33,483 nucleotides of DNA, taken from assembly GCA_018672055.1 (NCBI GenBank), contig JABHGM010000001.1, positions 573,494 through 606,976 of the forward strand, written 5' to 3'. A model generated the notes under the pieces. That model saw only the letters and a program-made list of their open reading frames with translations, was not told where the DNA came from and ran no database searches. The stretch's first letter is position 1, and every line of letters begins with the position of its first letter. The stretch comes from a bacterium. GTDB taxonomy: Bacteria; Patescibacteriota; Patescibacteriia; UBA1558; UBA10009. The translations under genes and the position numbers were made by a program. Shown here one piece after another: positions 10,240 to 19,753 of this stretch.

Positions 10240-11379
10240 ATGAAGATAGCTCAAGTAGTTTCAACTTTTCCACCATACCGAGGAGGTATGGGTAATTTAG
10301 CTTGCTCAATTACTGATCAATTAAGTCTATTAAATTTTAATGTTACTGTTTTCACACCAAAGCGTGCTTTTAGTGATCATGATATTAAAAGTTATTACAG
10401 ATTAATAAGTTGTAGATCTTTAGTTAGATTCGGTAACGCTGCTATTTTACCTCAACTAGCTATTAGATTATTTGCCTATGATATTGTTCATTTGCATTAT
10501 CCATTTATTGGTAGTTCACTAGCTACTGTATTCCCTAAGTTAATAAGAGGTGATCAGCAAAAATTGATCATTCACTATCATATGGATTTAGTAGGTATTG
10601 GTTGGAAAAAATATTTCTTCCTATTTTATAATAAATTATTTTTAAAACTTGTTTTAAAGTTAGCTGACCAAATAATGGTAACTACCCTAGATTATGCTCG
10701 TGAGTCTATTATAGCTCCATATCTTAAAAAACATCCTGAGAAGTTTGTCGAAGTGCCAAATGGAGTTGATATTGATTTTTTTAAACCTCGATCTAAATCA
10801 CCAAGCTTGGTGAGAAAATATGGTTTAGAGAATAAACAGGTTATATTATTTGTTGGAGCTCTAGATAGCGCTCATTATTTTAAAGGTGTAAATTATTTAA
10901 TAAAAGCTTTTGAATTATTAAAAAGAGAAGATGTTAAATTATTGATTGTCGGTGAGGGTGATTTAAAAAAAGTCTATATGGATTTAGTTGAGTCATTTAA
11001 TTTAAGTCATAAAGTAATATTTTTAGGCTATGTACCAGATGAACAATTAGTTAATTACTATAACTTATCAGATATATTTGTTTTACCATCAATTGATAAA
11101 TCTGAAGCCTTTGGTATGGTGTTAATTGAAGCCATGGCTTGTGCTAAACCTGTTATTGCTACAGATTTAGCTGGTGTTAGAAAAGTTGTTGATGCTAGAG
11201 TAAATGGTAGGTTAGTTAAACCAAAAAATATTGAAGCATTAACTGCACAGTTTGAATATTTTTTAGAAAATGAAAGAAGAAGAATTAATTATGGTAAAAA
11301 AGGTAGAATTAAAGTAGTTAATGAATATAGTTGGTATGAAGTAGTTAAAAAAATAGTAGCTTGTTACGAGAAAGAATAA
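10240..11379 (+). CDS. GT4 glycosyltransferase
   Basis: FPPYRGG, VPNGVD, FKGV, EAFGMVLIEAMACAKP. Confidence 0.9.
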   Translation: MKIAQVVSTFPPYRGGMGNLACSITDQLSLLNFNVTVFTPKRAFSDHDIKSYYRLISCRSLVRFGNAAILPQLAIRLFAYDIVHLHYPFIGSSLATVFPKLIRGDQQKLIIHYHMDLVGIGWKKYFFLFYNKLFLKLVLKLADQIMVTTLDYARESIIAPYLKKHPEKFVEVPNGVDIDFFKPRSKSPSLVRKYGLENKQVILFVGALDSAHYFKGVNYLIKAFELLKREDVKLLIVGEGDLKKVYMDLVESFNLSHKVIFLGYVPDEQLVNYYNLSDIFVLPSIDKSEAFGMVLIEAMACAKPVIATDLAGVRKVVDARVNGRLVKPKNIEALTAQFEYFLENERRRINYGKKGRIKVVNEYSWYEVVKKIVACYEKE

Positions 11380-11380
11380 T

Positions 11381-12544
11381 ATGAAATATTGTTTAATAAA
11401 TAATCTCTATCCACCTTTTTCAATAGGTGGTGCTGAAAATATAGTAGAAATAATTGCTAACTCTTTAAGTGTTAATGATCAAGTTTTAGTTATAACTTCA
11501 AGTAATAATGGAGATACAGAATTTAAAGAGATTCCTAATTTAAAAATAATACGTTTGCCCAGTAATAATATATATCACTATTTAGATAACAAGGATAAAA
11601 AAATATTTTTTAAATTAATTTGGCATATTAAAGATGTATTTAATTTTAAAACAGCGTCTTTAGTTAAAGATATTTTAAAACGTGAAATGCCTGATGTAGT
11701 TATGACACATAATTTAAAAGGCTTGTCATATGAAATACCTAAAGTAATACGTAAATTAAAATTAAAACATATTCATACCCTACATGATTATCAATTACTT
11801 GATCCTCATGGTTCATTACATAGAAAGGGAATTAATATTGAAAAATTACCTATTAGTTTAAGAGTATATAAAAATATATGTTCTAAACTGTTTAAGAATA
11901 TACCATATATCATATCTCCATCTAAGTTTGTTTTAGATAAGCATTTAGAAAATGGTTTCTTTAAAAAATCTAAAACATTTGTTTTACCAAATCCAATTGT
12001 TTTAACAGATAAAAAACATTTAAAAAAGAATAATGAAAAAATTAAATTACTTTATCTCGGACAAATAGAAGAACATAAAGGAATACAATTTTTACTTGAA
12101 TCATTTATTAAATATAATTCTGTAGATTTTGAATTACAAGTAGTAGGGGACGGTACACTTTTAAATGGGTTAAGCAAGAAATATGCTAGTGATCAAATTA
12201 AATTCTTAGGCAGAGTAGCTCATGAAGAAATAAATAATATATTTAATGATATTGATTTAACCATAATACCTTCAATCTGGTATGATAATTCACCTACTGT
12301 AATTTATGAAAGTTATGTGAATAATACACCTGTTTTAGTCTCAAATATTGGTGGCTCTAAAGAATTAGTAGAAGAGGGTAAAACTGGCTTTATTTACAAA
12401 TATAATCAATATAGTGATATGTGTGCTAAATTAGATAAAATAGCTCAAAATAGGGCAGATTTAGCTAAATATGGGGCAAATGGTTACGAATTCATTAAAC
12501 AATTTGAAGTATCTAAATATATAGATAAATTAAAGAATATATGA
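11381..12544 (+). CDS. GT4 glycosyltransferase
   Basis: YPPFSIGGAE, HTLHDY, SPS, EHKG, PSIWYDNSPTVIYE. Confidence 0.88.
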   Translation: MKYCLINNLYPPFSIGGAENIVEIIANSLSVNDQVLVITSSNNGDTEFKEIPNLKIIRLPSNNIYHYLDNKDKKIFFKLIWHIKDVFNFKTASLVKDILKREMPDVVMTHNLKGLSYEIPKVIRKLKLKHIHTLHDYQLLDPHGSLHRKGINIEKLPISLRVYKNICSKLFKNIPYIISPSKFVLDKHLENGFFKKSKTFVLPNPIVLTDKKHLKKNNEKIKLLYLGQIEEHKGIQFLLESFIKYNSVDFELQVVGDGTLLNGLSKKYASDQIKFLGRVAHEEINNIFNDIDLTIIPSIWYDNSPTVIYESYVNNTPVLVSNIGGSKELVEEGKTGFIYKYNQYSDMCAKLDKIAQNRADLAKYGANGYEFIKQFEVSKYIDKLKNI

Positions 12545-13413
12545 GTAGTTTTAGAGAGATAAAAAGTTATTTAAATACTAAGTGTAAGGTAAAAGATGAT
12601 ATATTTATTTATCTACCTACACTTACTGATTTCCAGAAAAAAGAGATAGAATTTCATGAAAATGACAGATCTAATGAAAAAGATGTACATCAATTAAATA
12701 GTTTAAGAAATCAGTATTATCATAAGTTATTTTCTAAATATTTTAATGCTTTAAAAAAAGAAAGCATAATTTTAGAAATAGGCGTTGGTATTGGTTACGA
12801 TTTAATACCTCTGCTTAAAAAAGGTTTTAAGGTAATAGCAACTGACATATCAGAAAGTACTTTAAAAGATTTAAAAAATTATATTAATACTAATTACTCT
12901 GAGTATAAAGAAAATATTATTTATTTAGTTTCTGATGGTCAGAATTTACCTCTTAAAGATAATTCCATTGAAGCTATTTTAATTGTAGCTACTCTGCATC
13001 ACTTTGAAGATCAAAATAAGCTAGTTACTGAATTAAAACGTGTTTTAGATAGTGGTTACTTAGTACTAGGCATGGAACCATCTAAATTCATGATGTCATT
13101 TACTAAACTATTTAAGAATTCAGATAAATTGAGAGTTCATAAAGGACATAGTGAAGCTGATGAAACTCATTTAGGGTATTTAAAAAGTGATTTTAAAAAG
13201 TTAGGTAAAGTTATACGTATTAAAAGAGTTTGGTTACTTCTTGGATTTTTGCATTATTTTTTAGAAGCTATATATAGATTATTTAAATTAAAAAAGAGGA
13301 TTAAAATTCCTCTTGTTATTGAATACATATTTTTAGTATTTGATGAAATATTACTTTCTATTCCAATAATAAACTCAATTAATTTTCATTGGTTAGTGGT
13401 TATTAAATTTTAA
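12541..13413 (+). CDS. class I SAM-dependent methyltransferase
   Basis: Motif I ILEIGVGIG, ATDIS, DGQNLPL.DNS, ATLHH, ELKRVL. Confidence 0.88.
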   Translation: MSSFREIKSYLNTKCKVKDDIFIYLPTLTDFQKKEIEFHENDRSNEKDVHQLNSLRNQYYHKLFSKYFNALKKESIILEIGVGIGYDLIPLLKKGFKVIATDISESTLKDLKNYINTNYSEYKENIIYLVSDGQNLPLKDNSIEAILIVATLHHFEDQNKLVTELKRVLDSGYLVLGMEPSKFMMSFTKLFKNSDKLRVHKGHSEADETHLGYLKSDFKKLGKVIRIKRVWLLLGFLHYFLEAIYRLFKLKKRIKIPLVIEYIFLVFDEILLSIPIINSINFHWLVVIKF

Positions 13414-13423
13414 ATATTACTTA

Positions 13424-13485
13424 AATAAAAAAGCCCGAGGTAAAACCAAGGGCTTTTGTAATATTTATTAAAATATTACTTATTT
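13424..13485. repeat. 62-bp block, copy 1 (identical to 15813-15874), containing the terminator and the stop codon of the cassette gene
   Basis: aataaaaaagcccgaggtaaaaccaagggcttttgtaatatttattaaaatattacttattt occurs exactly at both loci, offset 2389 bp. Confidence 0.95.
13427..13457. terminator. bidirectional intrinsic terminator between convergent genes
   Basis: aaaagccc-ga-ggt-aaa-acc-aa-gggctttt hairpin flanked by A and T tracts. Confidence 0.85.
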
Positions 13486-15606
13486 TACTAATACTATTTT
13501 TTGTAGTTCAGTAAAATTTCCAGCAATCATACTAACTAGGTAAATACCACTTGAAAAATCTGTGGCATTCCAGGTTATTTGATAATTACCAGATATTTGG
13601 TATTCATTGACTAATGAATATACTTCGCGTCCTGATATATCGTATACTATTATACTTACATCAGAATCATGAGGTAGATCATAGCCAATAGTTGTTATTG
13701 GATTGAATGGATTGGGATAGGCAGGAGATAGTTTGAATAAACTAGCTGTCTCAACTATATTTGTTGGAACTTTATTTCCAAGCCAATCAGCTACTATTGC
13801 TTTTTCAATTTTCATCTCACCGGAGTATTCGAAAACTATTTCATTTAATTCTGAACCATCCATACTAATCATGATAATCTCATTACCATTTTGTTTCATT
13901 ATCCAACCATTTGGATAGTTGGTAATAGTGAAATCGCCAGTTGTTAGTAGCTGTATGCCTGCAATATCTCCATCAACTTTGAGTGAGCCGTTGTTAAACA
14001 GGAGATTAATTAATTCAGGAGATGATCTTCCTACAGGTTCATCAATAATTATGAACAGTATTTGTACTGCATCTAAAACATTGATTTCATTATCTTCGTT
14101 CATATCACTAGCCCAGAACGTATATTCAGAACTGATTATTGTTTCAAGTGCTATACCAATTACTTGTACCAGATCCACTACATCAATTTCTTCATTGCCA
14201 TCAATGTCACCTTTCATGCCTACTTGGATAGAACCAGAATCAGCAACAGTCAGATTTAGTGGTTGTCCTTCAGAATTACTTACAGAATATTCACCAATGT
14301 AAAATTCAATATTACTTCCTGGAATAGCATCCTCATTGACATATCCCGTAATTATTAAATTTTCCAAGTAATATCCTACCCATTCACCATCCTCTTCAAT
14401 TACTTGATTAAATGGATTTTGAACTCCAATGAATTCATATGTACCACCAAAATCAGCAGCATATGAGAATTCAAATGAAGACTCATGTTGCCAGAATGTA
14501 ACTGCATTTGGGGAGTCGATTAGTTCGAATTGGATTCCAGGAAGAGGATAATCTGAAACAATATTGATAATCAATTCAGTGTGTTCATTTGGAATTGTAT
14601 AGCCATTAATAATAAACATACCTATATTCTCTTCTCCATCAGTTATGAAGATTTCAGGACCCACGGCTGGTAATTGATGCGTGTGAACTTCAAAACCATA
14701 CATACTATCTTTTAAGATGAAATTATCCTCTTCAATTGATATATGGATAATTTCATTTAGCTCAGCATCTGGATCAACGTCGGCTGCCAAATAGAAGAGG
14801 AAATTACTTTCACTTGGTAATCCATAGTTAGGTTCAATTATATAACCATTTTCAATAGTATTACCATAGAGAAAATTTACTTGATTTTCATAGTCATTGA
14901 GGCTATTATATAATCTAATATTTTGAAGGCTTTCAATACTAGAAATAGTAAAGTTAACAGCTTCAAAGTGAAGATTATTTTCCATTACATAACCTCCAAA
15001 TTCCCATAACAAGACATTTTGATCGCCAGGTTGAACAGAAATATCATTAAATTCATAACCGGAACTATTTATATAAGCATCACCGACTTCAGCATTGCCA
15101 ATAGAAATTACATTTCCTATTATCATTAAGTTATCATCTGGATTCATATCTTCATAGATTACTTCAAGTATTTCATTATGAGTATTTCTTGCAAATACTT
15201 CAGATATACCTAGGTAAAATGTGTCACCTGCAGATGGCATCGCAACATCAAGCGTAAATGTAAATGTATAATTGGTTTCTGAAAGATACAATCCCTCAAA
15301 AAGAGCTACATCATTATCAAAACTTGATAGCGAAGCAAATTCTGTCCTTTCAGGACCAAAGTTTTGCCATATGGTAATATCTGAATATTGAATAGATTCT
15401 GTTGACCCACTGATTGTAGCAGCAAATCCATCAAGTAATACGTTGTATTCAGAATCAATAACCATATCTACAATTAGTACGGGAGCGTTATTTGCTAGCC
15501 TTGCACAGGTATATGAACCTTGGTTATTTTCATTTAAAGAAAGCGTTAGTGTTTGAGCATGTCCGATGGACATTATTAACATAAGTGTAAAGACGATATT
15601 TTTCAT
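13480..15606 (-). CDS. secreted acidic protein: signal peptide, Ig-like domains, cohesin-like domain, dockerin, T9SS type A/FlgD-like C-terminal domain
   Basis: MKNIVFTLMLIMSIGHA signal peptide; GDIDGNEEIDVVD...DMNEDNEINVLD duplicated Ca loops; AYPNPFNP.TTI.Y...VYDISGREV...SGIYLV...KIVLVK tail; SD aaggag. Confidence 0.85.
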   Translation of the reverse strand: MKNIVFTLMLIMSIGHAQTLTLSLNENNQGSYTCARLANNAPVLIVDMVIDSEYNVLLDGFAATISGSTESIQYSDITIWQNFGPERTEFASLSSFDNDVALFEGLYLSETNYTFTFTLDVAMPSAGDTFYLGISEVFARNTHNEILEVIYEDMNPDDNLMIIGNVISIGNAEVGDAYINSSGYEFNDISVQPGDQNVLLWEFGGYVMENNLHFEAVNFTISSIESLQNIRLYNSLNDYENQVNFLYGNTIENGYIIEPNYGLPSESNFLFYLAADVDPDAELNEIIHISIEEDNFILKDSMYGFEVHTHQLPAVGPEIFITDGEENIGMFIINGYTIPNEHTELIINIVSDYPLPGIQFELIDSPNAVTFWQHESSFEFSYAADFGGTYEFIGVQNPFNQVIEEDGEWVGYYLENLIITGYVNEDAIPGSNIEFYIGEYSVSNSEGQPLNLTVADSGSIQVGMKGDIDGNEEIDVVDLVQVIGIALETIISSEYTFWASDMNEDNEINVLDAVQILFIIIDEPVGRSSPELINLLFNNGSLKVDGDIAGIQLLTTGDFTITNYPNGWIMKQNGNEIIMISMDGSELNEIVFEYSGEMKIEKAIVADWLGNKVPTNIVETASLFKLSPAYPNPFNPITTIGYDLPHDSDVSIIVYDISGREVYSLVNEYQISGNYQITWNATDFSSGIYLVSMIAGNFTELQKIVLVK

Positions 15607-15651
15607 CTTTTCTCCTTTTCTTGTTTATTTATTCTTTTATCAACGTTCGGT

Positions 15652-15781
15652 AACATAAATACTTAACCTTTTAAAAAAGGTATTGAATTATGTTCATTTT
15701 ATTAATTTTTTAGTGTTATTTTACTTAAATATATTGACGAATAACTTATATAAGTTATTACGTATATTATTAGTAAATAAC
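15652..15781 (-). ncRNA. candidate structured 5' leader RNA (two hairpins), copy 1
   Basis: Imperfect inverted repeats at 15715-15781 and 15652-15694, starting at the predicted TSS; conserved in copy 2. Confidence 0.45.
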
Positions 15782-15785
15782 GTAA

Positions 15786-15814
15786 AATATAGCAAAAATA
15801 GTATATTTTGTCAA
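15786..15814 (-). promoter_or_regulatory. sigma70 promoter of the 708-aa gene
   Basis: Minus strand TTGACA (15814-15809), 17-nt spacer ending TGc, TATATT (15791-15786). Confidence 0.8.
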
Positions 15815-15874
15815 TAAAAAAGCCCGAGGTAAAACCAAGGGCTTTTGTAATATTTATTAAAATATTACTTATTT
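15813..15874 (-). terminator. 62-bp block copy 2; intrinsic terminator of the 1234-aa gene
   Basis: Same GC hairpin; on the minus strand it is followed by TTTTTT, which abuts the next TTGACA. Confidence 0.85.
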
Positions 15875-18800
15875 CAGTAAAACTACTTTTTGAGTTTTGT
15901 TGAAATTTTCTGCTACCATCGAAACTAGGTAAACGCCAGATGGTAAATCATTGGCATTCCAAGTTATTTGATAGTTACCAGAATTTTTCTGTCCTTCGTA
16001 AAGAACAGTTATTTCTTTGCCATTCATATCATAGACTATGATTTGAATAATAGAATCATCTTTTACTGAATATTCAATCGTAGTTACTGGATTGAATGGA
16101 TTAGGGTAAGGAGCATTAAGTTTGAAGTTATTAGGAATAACTTCGTTAATTGGAATTTCATTTCCTGACCAATCAACAAGTAGAGCATCAACTATGTTTA
16201 GATTACCAGTATATTCAAATATTATATTTGGTAATTCTGAACCGTCAGCGCTTATTGCTAATATGGTATTTCCATTTTTTTCAAACATCCAACCATGAGG
16301 TAGGAAAATTTGATTAATTTGGAAATCTTCGGAAACTTTGAATTGAAATCCAGCAATGTCACCGTCTGCTTCAATCTTAAACTGATTATTATCTACTGAG
16401 ATTGTTGCCTGTGAAGGTAACGATCGTCCTAGATCAAGTTGCAGAATAGCATCAACCAGTAGAACTACATCAACTATATTAAGAGTTCCATCTTCATTCA
16501 TATCAGCAAGTAGGAGTTGATACTCTGTCGGTAAGTTGAATATCCAGCTTATTAATTGAACGATGTCTACGATATTAATCATGCCATCATTATTCAAATC
16601 ACCTCTGAGATCAGCACCACTACAACTGAGTATTCTAACTACATCAAGTTGATTTATGAGGTGGCCATTGAACCAGTCCATTGAACTGAGCCAACCATCA
16701 TCATTAGTGTCGGTATGAAAGTTATTACCATCAGTACCAGTCATGTCTGACCAAATCATATATGCACCAGTACCATCATTCTCACCATCAGAACTTAGAC
16801 AATATTGTCCAGGTCCTAGATCCATATCTTCACCTTCACAAGATGGTTCAAGATACATTGGTGGAAGATAATCGGTGTCACCATCATACATATATGTTGC
16901 GATTTGATCACAGCTACCAGCGCCTGTATTTACATTATCGGCTGCAGCCTTCAAAATGTAGTACTTTGAAGTCCCAGCAGGAATTAATCGATCATCATTG
17001 AAAACAAGGAATATATCATGAATACTTATTGATTCATCGTAGTAAAGATAATCAGTCAAAGCAGTAAGTTCAGTGCCTGGATAGTTTCCATGGAATATCT
17101 GATAACTGTCAGCTCCTGATGATCCTGCAATAAGCAGAGTAGCATCTTCATAACTATTTCCTTCATAGATTTGAAAGTTGCTTAGCCTTAATAAATTACC
17201 TGTTGGAATATCATCCAATAAGTTTAATTTAAAACCTTGCTTCTTATAACCTATGGAAGTATTAGCTTCTGCAGCTTCAACTCGCCAACGATACAGTTCT
17301 GCTGGACCGTTGAAAAAAATTGTGCTGGTTTCAGTATCAGGAGTGATAGTTGGAACATTACCATGAACAATCATATCATTACCATAAATATTCCAGTTAT
17401 TACTAGTAGCAGTAAAAATTGAACCAGATTCACCATGAGCTTCAAAGTTATCATCATAATCAAATTTAGCATTTATTACATCACCAGTATACGCTTCATA
17501 TGTTTGGTTGATAATTGGGACACTAAATGTAACTTCAACAATTCTTGAGCTATTAACAGGTATAAATAATGGATTTGATGTGATATCAAAGTCCATATTA
17601 CCAAATAGTTGAACTACCTCAGCAACAATTTCTTCACCAGCTTCATTTTGATACCTAATTGTTCCTAAATCAACTGATCGATTGAATAGATTACCATTGT
17701 CTTGTCTAATACGAAGCTTGTTAACATGAAATGACTCATTAGTAGCTTGGAAGTTTAGATTAAGCATAGGAACATCATAAGTACCAGCAATAATATTCGT
17801 AGTAACAGGTTGATCCCATCCAGTAACATTTAATGTGCCAGCATTAGTGATTTTTAATCGATATGAGTTATTGAATGAAGACGATGAACCATTGACATCA
17901 GTGATAGACCAAGAAGTGCCATCGTTATCAGTTAGAGTAACATTATTTCCATTCGAATCAACTATTATTAAATCATAAATAGTTGCAATATTAACCTTTA
18001 TATACTTATTACCTGGGAAGGTAATTGAGTATGCATTATGAGCGATATCACCAACAACTTTCATTATATGAGTTTCGTTAACAGGAATGATCATGTTCAT
18101 ATCGTTAAATGAAGCAGCGCCGGTAGTTGAACTAAAAGCCTCTATAGTTTCATTTAGGTTAGTGGTCATATTTGGGTCAACTGTAATATCATATAGTCTT
18201 AAGTTTGAAACCATGTCACTGATATATACATATTCACCATCACCAGTGCCTTGTCTTCTGACCATACAATTTATAGGATCTATACCAATATATCCATAGA
18301 GAGTAAGTGATGAAATGGTCATGTCAGAACCTGGTCCAGCATTAAAAGCAATTTCTCCAAGATTTATATTAGTAAGACCTTGAACAACGTTAACCTCTGC
18401 CGGGTTTGATGCTAATGCAACACCAAGTGATGAAGCTACTACCGTCATATGATTACCTTGGGTATAGGTTGATGGTGTGATATCTGTTATCCATTCATTA
18501 GTATCTGTATTTAACATCCCGTTTAAAGGACTGATTGAATATGGAGTTTCAGGTGATGTATACCATTGACCAGTAGATCCAAGTACAGAATAGTAACCAC
18601 CAACTGAATTATTCCCAAGATCCATAATGATAGCAAAGTTTCTGGTTTGACTTGTATAGAAATCAAATGAGTCTGTAAAATCGTAATATACACCATTATC
18701 ATCGTTGTTAATGTTCATAAAATCTGAGCAATCGACTGATGCAGTACTTTCGCCATTATCAGTGTCTACAATATGAATATTATAGATCCCTTCTGTACAT

Positions 18801-19573
18801 GATAACGAAGATGTATCAAGATCAGTGGACCATTCATGTAATTCAACTCGGAGGCTTTGAAGTTCTGAATTTGTTCCAGCAGTTATAGAGAATTCCATAA
18901 AGGTAACATCATTTGTACCATATCCATAAACATTTGGTTCAGGACCTAAGAATTCTACATAAACACTATTTTCACCAGATTCAGGTATTACCGCTAGATT
19001 AGCACCATATATGATTTCATCATTTGGCCATAGGTAAGTGACTTCAGGATTATAATCCCATTCTTCGGGAATGAAGAAGAATTGTCCTTCAGTACCACCT
19101 AGATTTTCAGTATAGATTCGTAAGCTAATTGAGTTAGCTTCATCAGGCATTAGATAGAAAGCTGTCTGTTCATTAAAGAACATAACTTGTGACCAACCAC
19201 TATCATCCGTCAAATGATACGAAGAAACCATTGGAGTAATCGGTTCACCATCATATCCAAGTATTTCTGCATAGAAACTACTTGAACCGATTGAACCATC
19301 AGCATAGAACTTCATATTTTGAATATATGTCTCGATATTGTTGTAGATATCTAAGCTGATTACAGTATAGGGCAATCCGGCAGGGATTTGCCCATCTTCA
19401 TGACTTTCGTAAAAAGCTACAACTCCTTCATCCCGAGTATTCAGTTCAGGTGTATTATTAACCAGTTCCATGATATCCAGATCTGGATTAACACTAGAAA
19501 CTAGGTTGTATTCGGTATCAATTCCAGCAAACATTACTGAAATAACGATCAATGGAATAAATAATGTTTTCAT
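15869..19573 (-). CDS. large secreted acidic protein: signal peptide, tandem Ig-like domains, dockerin, T9SS type A/FlgD-like C-terminal domain
   Basis: MKTLFIPLIVISVMFA signal peptide; repeated beta-rich units (SLGVALASNP..NVVQG, GTLNVTG..P...NIIAG); GDLNNDGMINIVD...DMNEDGTLNIVD; PYPNPFNP...SGVYLV...KVVLLK; SD aagggg. Confidence 0.85.
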   Translation of the reverse strand: MKTLFIPLIVISVMFAGIDTEYNLVSSVNPDLDIMELVNNTPELNTRDEGVVAFYESHEDGQIPAGLPYTVISLDIYNNIETYIQNMKFYADGSIGSSSFYAEILGYDGEPITPMVSSYHLTDDSGWSQVMFFNEQTAFYLMPDEANSISLRIYTENLGGTEGQFFFIPEEWDYNPEVTYLWPNDEIIYGANLAVIPESGENSVYVEFLGPEPNVYGYGTNDVTFMEFSITAGTNSELQSLRVELHEWSTDLDTSSLSCTEGIYNIHIVDTDNGESTASVDCSDFMNINNDDNGVYYDFTDSFDFYTSQTRNFAIIMDLGNNSVGGYYSVLGSTGQWYTSPETPYSISPLNGMLNTDTNEWITDITPSTYTQGNHMTVVASSLGVALASNPAEVNVVQGLTNINLGEIAFNAGPGSDMTISSLTLYGYIGIDPINCMVRRQGTGDGEYVYISDMVSNLRLYDITVDPNMTTNLNETIEAFSSTTGAASFNDMNMIIPVNETHIMKVVGDIAHNAYSITFPGNKYIKVNIATIYDLIIVDSNGNNVTLTDNDGTSWSITDVNGSSSSFNNSYRLKITNAGTLNVTGWDQPVTTNIIAGTYDVPMLNLNFQATNESFHVNKLRIRQDNGNLFNRSVDLGTIRYQNEAGEEIVAEVVQLFGNMDFDITSNPLFIPVNSSRIVEVTFSVPIINQTYEAYTGDVINAKFDYDDNFEAHGESGSIFTATSNNWNIYGNDMIVHGNVPTITPDTETSTIFFNGPAELYRWRVEAAEANTSIGYKKQGFKLNLLDDIPTGNLLRLSNFQIYEGNSYEDATLLIAGSSGADSYQIFHGNYPGTELTALTDYLYYDESISIHDIFLVFNDDRLIPAGTSKYYILKAAADNVNTGAGSCDQIATYMYDGDTDYLPPMYLEPSCEGEDMDLGPGQYCLSSDGENDGTGAYMIWSDMTGTDGNNFHTDTNDDGWLSSMDWFNGHLINQLDVVRILSCSGADLRGDLNNDGMINIVDIVQLISWIFNLPTEYQLLLADMNEDGTLNIVDVVLLVDAILQLDLGRSLPSQATISVDNNQFKIEADGDIAGFQFKVSEDFQINQIFLPHGWMFEKNGNTILAISADGSELPNIIFEYTGNLNIVDALLVDWSGNEIPINEVIPNNFKLNAPYPNPFNPVTTIEYSVKDDSIIQIIVYDMNGKEITVLYEGQKNSGNYQITWNANDLPSGVYLVSMVAENFNKTQKVVLLK

Positions 19574-19619
19574 TTATTTCCCCTTTATTTGTTTACTTAT
19601 TCATTTTTCAACGTTCGGT

Positions 19620-19748
19620 AACATAAATACTTAACCTTTTAAAAAAGGTATAGAATTATGTTCTTTTTTTAATTATTTATTGTTATTTTACTTAAATATA
19701 TAGACGTATAACCTATATAAGTTATTACGTATATTATTAGTAAATAAC
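19620..19748 (-). ncRNA. candidate structured 5' leader RNA, copy 2
   Basis: Hairpins at 19682-19748 and 19620-19662. Confidence 0.45.
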
Positions 19749-19753
19749 ATAGA

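Larger units (their letters stand above)
15607..15814 (-). repeat. ~210-bp promoter + leader, copy 1 (homologous to 19574-19782)
   Basis: 44 bp identical (15640-15683 vs 19608-19651); 67-bp hairpin with 3 differences; colinear throughout. Confidence 0.95.

Noticed and set aside
15652-15781. Leader hairpins as integron attC sites
   Set aside because: The long hairpin runs GTT...AAC (opposite of attC). The short one is only 43 nt and lacks RYYYAAC/GTTRRRY. They lie upstream of the genes behind a promoter, and no integrase is in the window.
13733-18299. Plus-strand ORFs 13733-13918, 13919-14302, 16762-17001, 17237-17422, 18087-18299
   Set aside because: Antisense shadows of the two large secreted-protein genes
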